From a virus (taxonomy: Duplodnaviria; Heunggongvirae; Uroviricota; Caudoviricetes): 47,048 nucleotides of DNA. Shown here piece after piece: positions 9,587 through 17,265 of the stretch. The stretch is from the IMG/VR virus record IMGVR_UViG_2563366978_000001, one strand, 5' to 3'. Each line of letters begins with the position of its first letter. The first letter of the stretch is position 1. The notes beneath the pieces are model-generated. The model saw only the letters and a list, made by a program, of their open reading frames with translations, was not told the DNA's origin and did not search any database. The position numbers and the translations under genes are program-made.

Positions 9587-9831
9587 TTTTTAGCCATTCC
9601 ATGCGAATTATGTTTTTTCGGGTTGAAAAAATCCGCAGGAGCAGCCACAATAAACGCATCTTGAATTGACGGAATCCGTCGCGTTACTGTGGCTGCTTCC
9701 TGAAAAGGACCCGAGTTTGCCGACTCGGGTTTTTTTTCGTCTTTTTTCTGCTGCTGTAACCTGAGTCAACCCACAGAACATATGCTCTGCATTAAACCAG
9801 ATTTACAGCAAACAATAAACCCCGTATTAAG

Positions 9832-10428
9832 TCATCTACCCTCAACCATGAATGATTTGATCGTTCCGACTATTTGGTGAACAAATTCAAGATCGCTTTT
9901 CCTGAAGATGGCGCGTTGTGAATTTGTTCCGTCCAGATAGTAATTTTCATCATCAAAACGGGCCAGGCGCTGGATGGTGATATTTCCTGCAGTATCACGA
10001 ACCAGAACATCCTCGCCGGGAACCAGTTCCAGCGCAGAATCGACCAGGAGAAAATCGCCTGGCTGATAGTTTCCCTGCGCCAGATTGCTGATAGTTAACG
10101 CATAAACAGTATTGCGCTGGCTGATGAATGGCAGGAATCGCTCAGTATTTGGAACCTGTCCTGGCTTCCACTCTTCATCAGGTCCACTTTCAGTTGTGCC
10201 AATAACAGGAATGCGATCAGGGTCATATTCTGTCCCATACAGCACCCAATGCACTGGCTTGCGTAAGCACTTAGCCAGGGCAATACCTATCTCCAGTGAC
10301 GGCATTACGTCGCCACGTTCTAAGTTTTGGACGCCTGCAATAGAGATATCGACAGCCTCAGCAACTTCTCGCAACGTCAGCTTCATCTCTAAACGGCGTG
10401 CTTTCAGTCGTTCGCCTCGTGTTTTCAT
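9832..10428 (-). CDS. cB: CI-like prophage repressor (N-terminal HTH, C-terminal domain), N15 CB-like
   Basis: HTH motif LTLREVAEAVDISIAGVQNLERG; divergent from a cro-like gene across palindromic operators. Confidence 0.85.
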   Translation of the reverse strand: MKTRGERLKARRLEMKLTLREVAEAVDISIAGVQNLERGDVMPSLEIGIALAKCLRKPVHWVLYGTEYDPDRIPVIGTTESGPDEEWKPGQVPNTERFLPFISQRNTVYALTISNLAQGNYQPGDFLLVDSALELVPGEDVLVRDTAGNITIQRLARFDDENYYLDGTNSQRAIFRKSDLEFVHQIVGTIKSFMVEGR

Positions 10429-10450
10429 AGCTTAATCATAAATGATCTTC

Positions 10451-10492
10451 TTATAGCTGGCTATAAAATTTATTTATTATAGCTGGCTTTAA
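10451..10492. promoter_or_regulatory. Two operator palindromes, TTATAGCTGGCTATAA (10451-10466) and TTATAGCTGGCTTTAA (10477-10492), between cB and cro
   Basis: 7-bp inverted arms with a 2-bp centre, repeated 26 bp apart in the divergent promoter region. Confidence 0.75.
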
Positions 10493-10741
10493 ATGAGATT
10501 TATTGCTTATAATAACCGCATGAAACCAGAAGAACTTATTCGCCACTTTGGCAGTGTAGAAAAAGCAGCGGCTGGGGTAGGTGTAACACCCGGTGCTGTT
10601 TACCAATGGTTAACCGCTGGAGAGATTCCTTCATTGCGGCAAAGTGATATTGAAGTTCGTACTGCTTACAAGCTGAAGAGTGACTTTACAACTCGGCGGG
10701 TAAAGCAGTCGATTAAGGAGAGCCGTAAGCGTGGAGCTTGA
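10493..10741 (+). CDS. cro: Cro-like small DNA-binding regulator (start may be the second ATG at 10520)
   Basis: Small basic ORF divergent from the repressor; HTH-like GVGVTPGAVYQWL. Confidence 0.75.
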   Translation: MRFIAYNNRMKPEELIRHFGSVEKAAAGVGVTPGAVYQWLTAGEIPSLRQSDIEVRTAYKLKSDFTTRRVKQSIKESRKRGA

Positions 10742-11441
10742 GTATATACGCAGCTGCGTCTCCACGGCATTGGCTGATATTCATTATCGCCAGCGTGGCA
10801 TCCTAGAGGTCCAGCTTGAGCAGATGCGTCTAGGCAGATCAGGACGCTTTAACAATAAACCAGTCCGGTCAATCAGTGTAGGTGATGATAACTCATACGA
10901 AGTGTCCGTTCCTGCTGAGCCGGTTAGATTCCACCAGGGGAAAACATTTAAACAATCATCAATGTTGCTCACTGATATTGATTTTCAGAGCGCCAGCTGG
11001 CGCAGGGCTATTGGTCAGTTGAATAACGAGGAATCAGCTTGGCTTTATTATTGCTACGGATGCAAGCCTGATTACAACAATGATGTGATTGTTTGTCAGT
11101 GGTTATGGCTTGATTTTCTGGTTGCTCATTCGGGGGGCGGCTTTAAAAAAATGAAGGCCTCCACGAAAAAAGCCATGCGGAAATTGATTTATTACGCGGC
11201 ACAGCAGGTTAAATCAGAACTTACGTGTGCTGAGGCAGTTGATGAGAGAGAACAGGACAGGCATCTGAGTTTTCTACTGAATATATCTATTGATAGCTGG
11301 AGACAAGATTATAAAGAACGCTGGCTTTTAATTAAGTCGCGATGTCTGAGCTTAAATCGAACTGCATTATTAAATGCGGCGGAGAAGCGCAGTGAAATCA
11401 TCAAACGCCATCGGGCAGGAAGTGCCATTCTGCCTTTGTAA
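10731..11441 (+). CDS. Hypothetical protein, 236 aa, in the position of the N15 Q-like late regulator
   Basis: ORF directly downstream of cro; function inferred from position only. Confidence 0.5.
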   Translation: MELEYIRSCVSTALADIHYRQRGILEVQLEQMRLGRSGRFNNKPVRSISVGDDNSYEVSVPAEPVRFHQGKTFKQSSMLLTDIDFQSASWRRAIGQLNNEESAWLYYCYGCKPDYNNDVIVCQWLWLDFLVAHSGGGFKKMKASTKKAMRKLIYYAAQQVKSELTCAEAVDEREQDRHLSFLLNISIDSWRQDYKERWLLIKSRCLSLNRTALLNAAEKRSEIIKRHRAGSAILPL

Positions 11442-11445
11442 ACAA

Positions 11446-11694
11446 GTTATGTTCAGGAAACCGTCGAAGCCAGAATTAAGGTATTCGGGGGTAAGAAATG
11501 AATATGTTATCTGGTGTCCAACTTGTGGTTACAGGACACGACCAGATAGTAATAAGCAGTCTGTAATTGCCGATTGGTATTTATCAAATCAGCCAGGTAA
11601 TAAGCATATAGAAAATCTTTGGATTAAGCGTTACTTGGAAATCAGAGAGGGTGCGACCGTGGTCGCACAAGAAAATGAAAATAACGCCATTTAA
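11446..11694 (+). CDS. Small Cys-containing protein (CPTCGY motif), about 82 aa
   Basis: In-frame ATG after the upstream stop; contains one centromere-like palindrome at its 3' end. Confidence 0.45.
   Translation, partial: VMFRKPSKPELRYSGVRNEYVIWCPTCGYRTRPDSNKQSVIADWYLSNQPGNKHIENLWIKRYLEIREGATVVAQENENNAI
11651..11668. repeat. sopC-like palindrome GTGCGACCGTGGTCGCAC; putative centromere site
   Basis: 18-bp palindrome, 8-bp arms with 2-bp centre. Confidence 0.65.
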
Positions 11695-11878
11695 GCAGGG
11701 GCCGATGACGCATGATGAAGCAGAGCGTCTTTCAGATACTTATCGGCGGCGTGGTAAGAAAGTTCTGGTTGTTCGTTCTGATTTTTTAGGTGATGGATAT
11801 TGCGTTTATGTTCATTTACCTGAATCAGAAAGAACGCCAAAACCATCCAGAACATATCAACAGAAAATTTGGGTATAG
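11675..11878 (+). CDS. Small hypothetical protein (start uncertain)
   Basis: ORF track entry 11651-11878; internal Met chosen to reduce overlap. Confidence 0.35.
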   Translation: MKITPFKQGPMTHDEAERLSDTYRRRGKKVLVVRSDFLGDGYCVYVHLPESERTPKPSRTYQQKIWV

Positions 11879-11901
11879 ATAAACGTTGAGGAGAATTATT
11901 C

Positions 11902-12501
11902 GTGACTAATCAGATTATTTACGACAGGAAACGGTCTGATGTAATGATTGACCTTGAAACAATGGGTACTAACACATGTGCTCCAATTGTTTCTATCGGG
12001 GCAGTGTTTTTTTCTCCAGAAAGTGAGGAATTAGGTCCTACTTTTTATGTACCAGTGAATCTCAGAAGCTCGATGTTGAATGGTGGTGTCGCCGATGGTG
12101 ATACCATTTTATGGTGGTTGAAACAGAGCAAGGAAGCCAGAGCCGCAATTTGTACTAATGATGCCCTTGATATTAAGGATGCACTTTTTGAATTATCACA
12201 CTTTATTACTTGCCATGCATGTAATTTAAAAAAATTGAAAGTATGGGGAAATGGAGCAACGTTCGATAATGTAATTTTACGCGGTGCTTATGAGCGCGTT
12301 GGCTTAGCCTGTCCGTGGGAATATTTTAATGATCAGGATGTTCGAACAATCGTTAACCTTGGTCAGTTTATTGGTTTTAATCCTAAAAAAGATATGCCAT
12401 TTGATGGCGAACGACACAATGCCCTGGCTGATGCTATTCATCAGGCTAAATATGTATCAGCAATTTTCTCCCGTCTTGTAAAAGGGCAAGGAGAATCGTA
12501 A
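11902..12501 (+). CDS. DEDDh-type 3'-5' exonuclease, 199 aa
   Basis: Motifs MIDLETMG and HNALADA typical of the DnaQ-like exonuclease fold; RBS GAGGAGAA. Confidence 0.7.
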   Translation: MTNQIIYDRKRSDVMIDLETMGTNTCAPIVSIGAVFFSPESEELGPTFYVPVNLRSSMLNGGVADGDTILWWLKQSKEARAAICTNDALDIKDALFELSHFITCHACNLKKLKVWGNGATFDNVILRGAYERVGLACPWEYFNDQDVRTIVNLGQFIGFNPKKDMPFDGERHNALADAIHQAKYVSAIFSRLVKGQGES

Positions 12502-12920
12502 TGGCAAAGGCTTTTACACCAGAACAGAGGGAAGAACTGAATAAACAAATTGTGGAACTCGTGCGCCTGAATGGACGAGGAACGGTTAGACAACTTGCGG
12601 ATGAAACTGGTATTAGCCGGTGTGCTGTTAGTCGTTTATCAAGAGAGCTTGCTGCCAGTGGTGATTTGTATATCTCTGGCTCCGGGATATTTCTGTCTGC
12701 ACAAGCACGCAAGGACTGGCAAAACGCCCGTAAAAAACTATCAAGAGTAAAGCCGAAGACATCGGTAGTGGTTGATCCAGACCTTATCTGGTCATTACCT
12801 GACGGAGAAATACGTCGTTACGACAGGCGCTTGAACATGATTTGTCACGATTGCCGGAAAAGTGAAGTTATGCAGCGTGTGCTGGCTTTTTATCAGGGAA
12901 ATTTTCAGGAGGTGGCGTAG
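12501..12920 (+). CDS. Putative HTH DNA-binding protein, 139 aa
   Basis: HTH-like GTVRQLADETGISRCAVSRLSREL. Confidence 0.55.
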   Translation: MAKAFTPEQREELNKQIVELVRLNGRGTVRQLADETGISRCAVSRLSRELAASGDLYISGSGIFLSAQARKDWQNARKKLSRVKPKTSVVVDPDLIWSLPDGEIRRYDRRLNMICHDCRKSEVMQRVLAFYQGNFQEVA

Positions 12921-13210
12921 TGAATATCGACACCACGATAACGATCGATACGGCCATAAATATCGGTCTGGCACTTCTCGGTTGGTTTTACATCATGTTC
13001 AGTGCGGGGAAGTGGGCGGCCTCTGTTTTTCTAAAGCAGTGGGGAAAGCACCGCAAACAGGAAAGACGCCAGAAAGTGTTAGAGGCGTTCTATGACGCAT
13101 TTGAACTTAGCCGCATTGAGCCAGGCACAACAGCCAAGATAGCGACAAAAGGCGACCTGATGATAGTGATGTTCCGACAGGAGAGAGCAGAGAAAGGGGA
13201 ATCAGCATGA
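12920..13210 (+). CDS. Small membrane protein, 96 aa
   Basis: Hydrophobic N-terminal segment; overlapping start/stop with neighbours. Confidence 0.5.
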   Translation: MNIDTTITIDTAINIGLALLGWFYIMFSAGKWAASVFLKQWGKHRKQERRQKVLEAFYDAFELSRIEPGTTAKIATKGDLMIVMFRQERAEKGESA

Positions 13211-13920
13211 AATTTTCCAAATTTTCTGAGTTGGTGAATCGTATTTTGTCCAACAACCACAGCCATCGTCGCGATATGGATGTAACAATCGTTATTCATT
13301 CGCCTGGCAGCATTGGTTCAACACCTTCAGTTGAGGTTCAGTCAATTCACGCTGGTTTTGATTGGGATTCCGGGAAAGTGCTTATTTTCCCATCACAGCC
13401 ACTGACCACGCTAACACCAGAACAGATTACTGATATCACTGATAGTGTGCGCAAAGGTCAGTCCTGGCACGCATATCAGGAATACAAGAAGCATAAAGAG
13501 CAGTTGGAAAAATTATCGATTGAACTTGATGCCGCAAAACAGCGCATTGCAGAGCTGGAGGGTAATTTCACGGTGCTGGCAGTGGAGAATGCCTCAATGA
13601 AGCTGTTTATCAGGGGTTGTTGCTACGTGTTTGATGGCCAGCAGGATGAAATATCTGATGCGTATATCTGCGCAACAGACGGAGGGATGCCGCAAATTCC
13701 AGCCACCGATGCTTTCCTGTCTGAAGTGCGGGCGCAGGGGGTGGATGCTGCTATAGAAGCTGCAAAAAATCTGGTGGCCCAAGAATATGAGTATAAGGAT
13801 TTCAAAGCGGCGCAGAGTGATTGCTGTATGCACCCTGGTTCAGACTTGGTAGGGAAGGTTGAAATGACTGAGTGGTTAGTTGACTTTGCTGCCCAGCTTC
13901 GCAAAGGAGGCAACCAGTGA
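13207..13920 (+). CDS. Hypothetical protein, 237 aa
   Basis: ORF coupled to neighbours. Confidence 0.5.
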   Translation: MKFSKFSELVNRILSNNHSHRRDMDVTIVIHSPGSIGSTPSVEVQSIHAGFDWDSGKVLIFPSQPLTTLTPEQITDITDSVRKGQSWHAYQEYKKHKEQLEKLSIELDAAKQRIAELEGNFTVLAVENASMKLFIRGCCYVFDGQQDEISDAYICATDGGMPQIPATDAFLSEVRAQGVDAAIEAAKNLVAQEYEYKDFKAAQSDCCMHPGSDLVGKVEMTEWLVDFAAQLRKGGNQ

Positions 13921-14378
13921 GCGAAATTAATTACCAGGCACTGCGTGAGGCGGCGGAACGTGCAATTCCAGCAATGGAACGCCTGTTAATGTTGCCAGCT
14001 GATGATGATTTGTTAAGTGAACAGGAACTTAAAGATTACGGTGTGGATATTGATGCGCTCAACGCCTTCAAATTTCTGGCCGGACCAGAAACCGTGCTGG
14101 CACTACTGGATGAAAGGGAAAGAAACCAGCAATACATCAAACGCCGTGACCAGGAGAACGAGGATATTGCGCTAACGGTAGGGAAGCTGCGCGTTGAGCT
14201 GGAATCCGCAGAGAAGCGCATAGCAGAACTGGAAGCGCGGGAAATACTGCTCCCGGAACGTAGCAGTATGCTTCATCGAACAGATTTTAACGAGGATTAC
14301 CAAACGGTAATGGCATACAAAGTTTCTGAAGTCATCGCTGCAATCCGCGTCGCTGGCATTCGCATCAAAGGAGAGTGA
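13917..14378 (+). CDS. Ead/Ea22-like early-region protein, 153 aa
   Basis: N-terminus MSEINYQALREAAE resembles the Ead/Ea22 family of enterobacterial prophages (from memory). Confidence 0.55.
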   Translation: MSEINYQALREAAERAIPAMERLLMLPADDDLLSEQELKDYGVDIDALNAFKFLAGPETVLALLDERERNQQYIKRRDQENEDIALTVGKLRVELESAEKRIAELEAREILLPERSSMLHRTDFNEDYQTVMAYKVSEVIAAIRVAGIRIKGE

Positions 14379-14379
14379 T

Positions 14380-14925
14380 ATGACCACTTTCACCGACAAA
14401 GAACTGATTAAAGAAATCAAAGAACGTATCAGCAGCCTGGACGTACGAGACGATATTGAGCGCCGTGCTTATGAAATTGCTCTGGCATCGCTGGAAGAGG
14501 ATCCGGTGGCATGGCTGCATTCAGACAATGGCTTAGGTATTCCGGCAATAACGAGGAGTAAACACATTGCTGACAGTTGGTTATCAAAGGGCTGGTATGT
14601 TCAGCCGCTATATATAGCCAAGCCAGTACCGGTGGTGCCAGATGTTCGTCCGTCTTTAAATAATGGCATAGTCGGTTTTGATGAAGGCTGGAACGCCTGC
14701 CGCGCCGCCATGCTTCAGAGTCAAGGTAATTGCATTAAGGATGGTTGGATAAGCTGTAGTGAGCAAATGCCAGATGATGGTCGTATTCAGTTTTCTGTTT
14801 CACTTCCAGCAGCATGTGGTGGAGATAAATATTTTATTGATGGTGTATTTCAACCTTTGAGATATGAGCGTGACTGTGAAAAAGCGGTTGTGGCCGCTGG
14901 CGGTGTAGTTAATTGGGTTAAGTAA
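14380..14925 (+). CDS. Hypothetical early-region protein, 181 aa (DUF551-like C-terminus)
   Basis: C-terminal WISCSEQMPD... pattern common in lambdoid early regions. Confidence 0.5.
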   Translation: MTTFTDKELIKEIKERISSLDVRDDIERRAYEIALASLEEDPVAWLHSDNGLGIPAITRSKHIADSWLSKGWYVQPLYIAKPVPVVPDVRPSLNNGIVGFDEGWNACRAAMLQSQGNCIKDGWISCSEQMPDDGRIQFSVSLPAACGGDKYFIDGVFQPLRYERDCEKAVVAAGGVVNWVK

Positions 14926-14940
14926 TTTTTAGGAGGATTT

Positions 14941-15267
14941 ATGGCGCTGACACCGGCAGAACGGCAAAGAAGACGCAGGGAACGGTTGAAGAAGGAAGGA
15001 ACATCAAGACGTGACTGGATTCTGGAACCTGACGAGTTACGTATGTTGGGGGAAATTTGTGTATTGCGTAGACCAGGGCGAGTTCCATATTCAGAGAACG
15101 AAGTCATCGGACTGCTGATCAGGAAAAACTATAAGGAGTTGCAGAAACAGCTATCTACTACTTGTCCGCGATGTGGTCAAAAAATGCCTGTTTCAGAATG
15201 CATTTTTGATGGTGAAGGCTCATGCCACCTTACAACCACGAGGCTGAAACTTGCGCTCAAAGTGTGA
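14941..15267 (+). CDS. Hypothetical protein, 108 aa, with a possible Cys4 zinc ribbon
   Basis: CPRCGQ...C..C pattern; RBS AGGAGG. Confidence 0.5.
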   Translation: MALTPAERQRRRRERLKKEGTSRRDWILEPDELRMLGEICVLRRPGRVPYSENEVIGLLIRKNYKELQKQLSTTCPRCGQKMPVSECIFDGEGSCHLTTTRLKLALKV

Positions 15268-15285
15268 CTGGTCACGGAGGGATAA

Positions 15286-15441
15286 ATGGACAAAAAGGCA
15301 TTGCTTTTTGAAATGATACGAAAACGGAGCGAAAAGAGCTTTTCTGATGGTGGTGATGGGCTTTTGAAAGTGGTTGGGCGAGGCGTAGGAAGGGAACATA
15401 AGTATCAGACTACAAAGATATTTAACCAGTTAATCCATTGA
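15286..15441 (+). CDS. Small ORF, 51 aa (MDKKALLFEMIRKR...)
   Basis: Hand-translated; strong RBS GGAGGG 5 nt upstream of the ATG. Confidence 0.35.
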   Translation: MDKKALLFEMIRKRSEKSFSDGGDGLLKVVGRGVGREHKYQTTKIFNQLIH

Positions 15442-15469
15442 AAGTTGGCTATAAAATTTGAGTTTTACC

Positions 15470-15485
15470 CTGTAATTTTATACAG
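15470..15485. promoter_or_regulatory. LexA (SOS) box CTGTAATTTTATACAG
   Basis: Perfect CTGT-N8-ACAG with AT-rich spacer, about 25 bp upstream of the 15510 ORF. Confidence 0.65.
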
Positions 15486-15509
15486 TATCAAATAACCTTT
15501 TTTAATTAA

Positions 15510-15728
15510 ATGGTATTAGATTCAATGACTGAAGCACCTGTATCAACTCTTGAAGAACTCGGATCAAACCTAAAAGACATCGACGCCGTTTTGGATCTGG
15601 TTAGCGTTGCTCTGGCTTCTCCAGAAGCCAGCTTGCATCTTGGCGAGATTTCACGACTTGTTAGTATGTCGCGGGAGATTGCTCAGAATTGCCAACAAGT
15701 TATTGCTGTTGAGTGTTTGCATCATTGA
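15510..15728 (+). CDS. Small acidic protein, 72 aa; candidate SOS-controlled antirepressor (AntC-like role)
   Basis: ORF immediately downstream of the LexA box; role inferred. Confidence 0.45.
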   Translation: MVLDSMTEAPVSTLEELGSNLKDIDAVLDLVSVALASPEASLHLGEISRLVSMSREIAQNCQQVIAVECLHH

Positions 15729-15771
15729 TACACACCCCGCCCTTCTGGACGGGGTAGCGAAAAGGGTCTAA

Positions 15772-16059
15772 TCAATAGACGGCATTAATATTAATCGTTG
15801 CACCGCATGCTTGGGCATATTTTGATAAAGTTTTCATGCTTGCCCCTAAAGGATTGCTTTCCAGGCGGCTGATAGCTGACGGGCGCAATCCCATTCGTTC
15901 AGCCAGAGCTGACTTCGTTAAACCTGCTCTTTCCCTCATTTCGTATAACATTTCGACCATCTCCAGCTCTTTATCGGCCTCTTCATATCCTTTGATGGCT
16001 TCTGGAGTGTTGAGAAGTTTTTCTTTTACTTCGTTAAACGGGATGCCTTTCGCTTTCAT
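15772..16059 (-). CDS. HTH (XRE-family) antitoxin, HigA-like, 95 aa
   Basis: C-terminal HTH; overlaps the upstream toxin gene at 16059. Confidence 0.7.
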   Translation of the reverse strand: MKAKGIPFNEVKEKLLNTPEAIKGYEEADKELEMVEMLYEMRERAGLTKSALAERMGLRPSAISRLESNPLGASMKTLSKYAQACGATININAVY

Positions 16060-16370
16060 CAGTTCATCTCCTTCAGGCGAGTTCTGGCGATTTCGATAGC
16101 CTTCACCGGTGTTTTCTGTGTCTTTTTTACAAATGCATGCAATAGATAAATTTCGTTACCAGTCGCGTAGGCGTACAGCGTTCTTGCGATGTTTTTATCC
16201 CCTACTCGTAGTTCAAAAAGCCCTCCACCTATTACACGGCTATGGGGCATCTTCAGTTTGTTGCCTTCCTTCTCCAGTCGCTCAATTAATCTGGTCATGC
16301 GACCTCGCAAATCATCTGGTAGTTCAAGCAGTTCATCCAGTGCTGCAGGGTGGGTTATCACGTTAAACAT
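16059..16370 (-). CDS. RelE/ParE-superfamily toxin, HigB-like, 103 aa
   Basis: Small basic protein upstream of the HTH antitoxin in toxin-first (HigBA) order. Confidence 0.65.
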   Translation of the reverse strand: MFNVITHPAALDELLELPDDLRGRMTRLIERLEKEGNKLKMPHSRVIGGGLFELRVGDKNIARTLYAYATGNEIYLLHAFVKKTQKTPVKAIEIARTRLKEMN

Positions 16371-16428
16371 ATTATAGCCTCCATAGCCATAAAATACACC
16401 AAAACAAGAAAAAAGCGCAAATTAAAAA

Positions 16429-16446
16429 TTTCACTAAAAAGTGAAA
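16429..16446. promoter_or_regulatory. Palindrome TTTCAC-TAAAAA-GTGAAA in the toxin-antitoxin promoter region; putative antitoxin operator
   Basis: Inverted repeat about 60 bp upstream of the toxin start codon. Confidence 0.45.
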
Positions 16447-16517
16447 AATAACACTGGATGTGTTCGTTTGGCAGAGTTACAGTTCGTGTCATTGAGGGGC
16501 AATAACCCACTAACTAT

Positions 16518-16757
16518 ATGAATTTGGAGGATATTATGAATTATCAAGGTAACGAAAAAATGCGCGACGACGTTGCGGAGATAGCTAACGAACTGTATGA
16601 GTTGTGGCAGAAGGTTGAACGTTTCGAAAAGGAATATGGTTTCAACAGTACCAACCTGGCAGACCGACTGGCTGGTCGCTTAGTTGGGACTATGGGGCCA
16701 AAACTGGCTGAGTTGAACCGCTTTATGGCTGATGTTGATTTCCAGTTTCAAGATTGA
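16518..16757 (+). CDS. Hypothetical protein, 79 aa
   Basis: ORF with RBS GGAGGA. Confidence 0.5.
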   Translation: MNLEDIMNYQGNEKMRDDVAEIANELYELWQKVERFEKEYGFNSTNLADRLAGRLVGTMGPKLAELNRFMADVDFQFQD

Positions 16758-16770
16758 TTAGAGAGGCGTT

Positions 16771-16998
16771 ATGAATATTAATGAAATTCGTGGAAATATG
16801 ACTGAAGCGGCCCTGAGTGTGGAATGTGTTATGCGTGGATACCCACGCATTTCCCTGAAAGAGTTAAGCGAAGCCTGTTTTTTGAGTCAAGCTGCCGTTG
16901 AATTTATCATCGAACAGATGATCTGTTTTGGGGTTGCAAAGCGTAGCGGGTCTGGTCGATATTCTTTGACCGATGAATATAAGCAGGCAACTTTCTAA
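16771..16998 (+). CDS. Hypothetical protein, 75 aa
   Basis: ORF with RBS GAGAGG. Confidence 0.5.
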   Translation: MNINEIRGNMTEAALSVECVMRGYPRISLKELSEACFLSQAAVEFIIEQMICFGVAKRSGSGRYSLTDEYKQATF

Positions 16999-17001
16999 AA
17001 A

Positions 17002-17023
17002 CTGTGCGACCACGGTCGCACAG
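17002..17023. repeat. sopC-like palindrome CTGTGCGACCACGGTCGCACAG; putative centromere site
   Basis: 22-bp palindrome just upstream of the candidate late promoter region. Confidence 0.65.
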
Positions 17024-17107
17024 CACAAAAACGAAAAAGCTTGGCAAAATTACGGTTTTTAGTTATTGTTTTGTTAAGTTGGGTTTTTTGTACCCAACAG
17101 CCAACAA

Positions 17108-17131
17108 GCCGCCTTTATGGCGGTTTTTTTG
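17108..17131 (+). terminator. Intrinsic terminator (GCCGCC-TTTAT-GGCGG then T7); candidate tR'-like terminator of a short leader transcript
   Basis: Stem-loop plus 7-T tract about 60 nt downstream of a putative promoter (TTGGCA-17-TATTGT). Confidence 0.45.
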
Positions 17132-17265
17132 TGCCTGAAAAGTGGGCGCAGGACAAGTTGCAGCTTGTCCTGCGGTCAACCCATGCCAGAGCTATAGGCT
17201 GAACCTAAAGCCCACCCGCGATGCGCATCGCCGGGTTAGCTTACCCAGGCAAAAAAATAATAGCT

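Noticed and set aside
15735-15754. Hairpin CCCCG...CGGGG after the 15510 ORF as a terminator
   Set aside because: Stem is short and interrupted and no T-tract follows on either strand.
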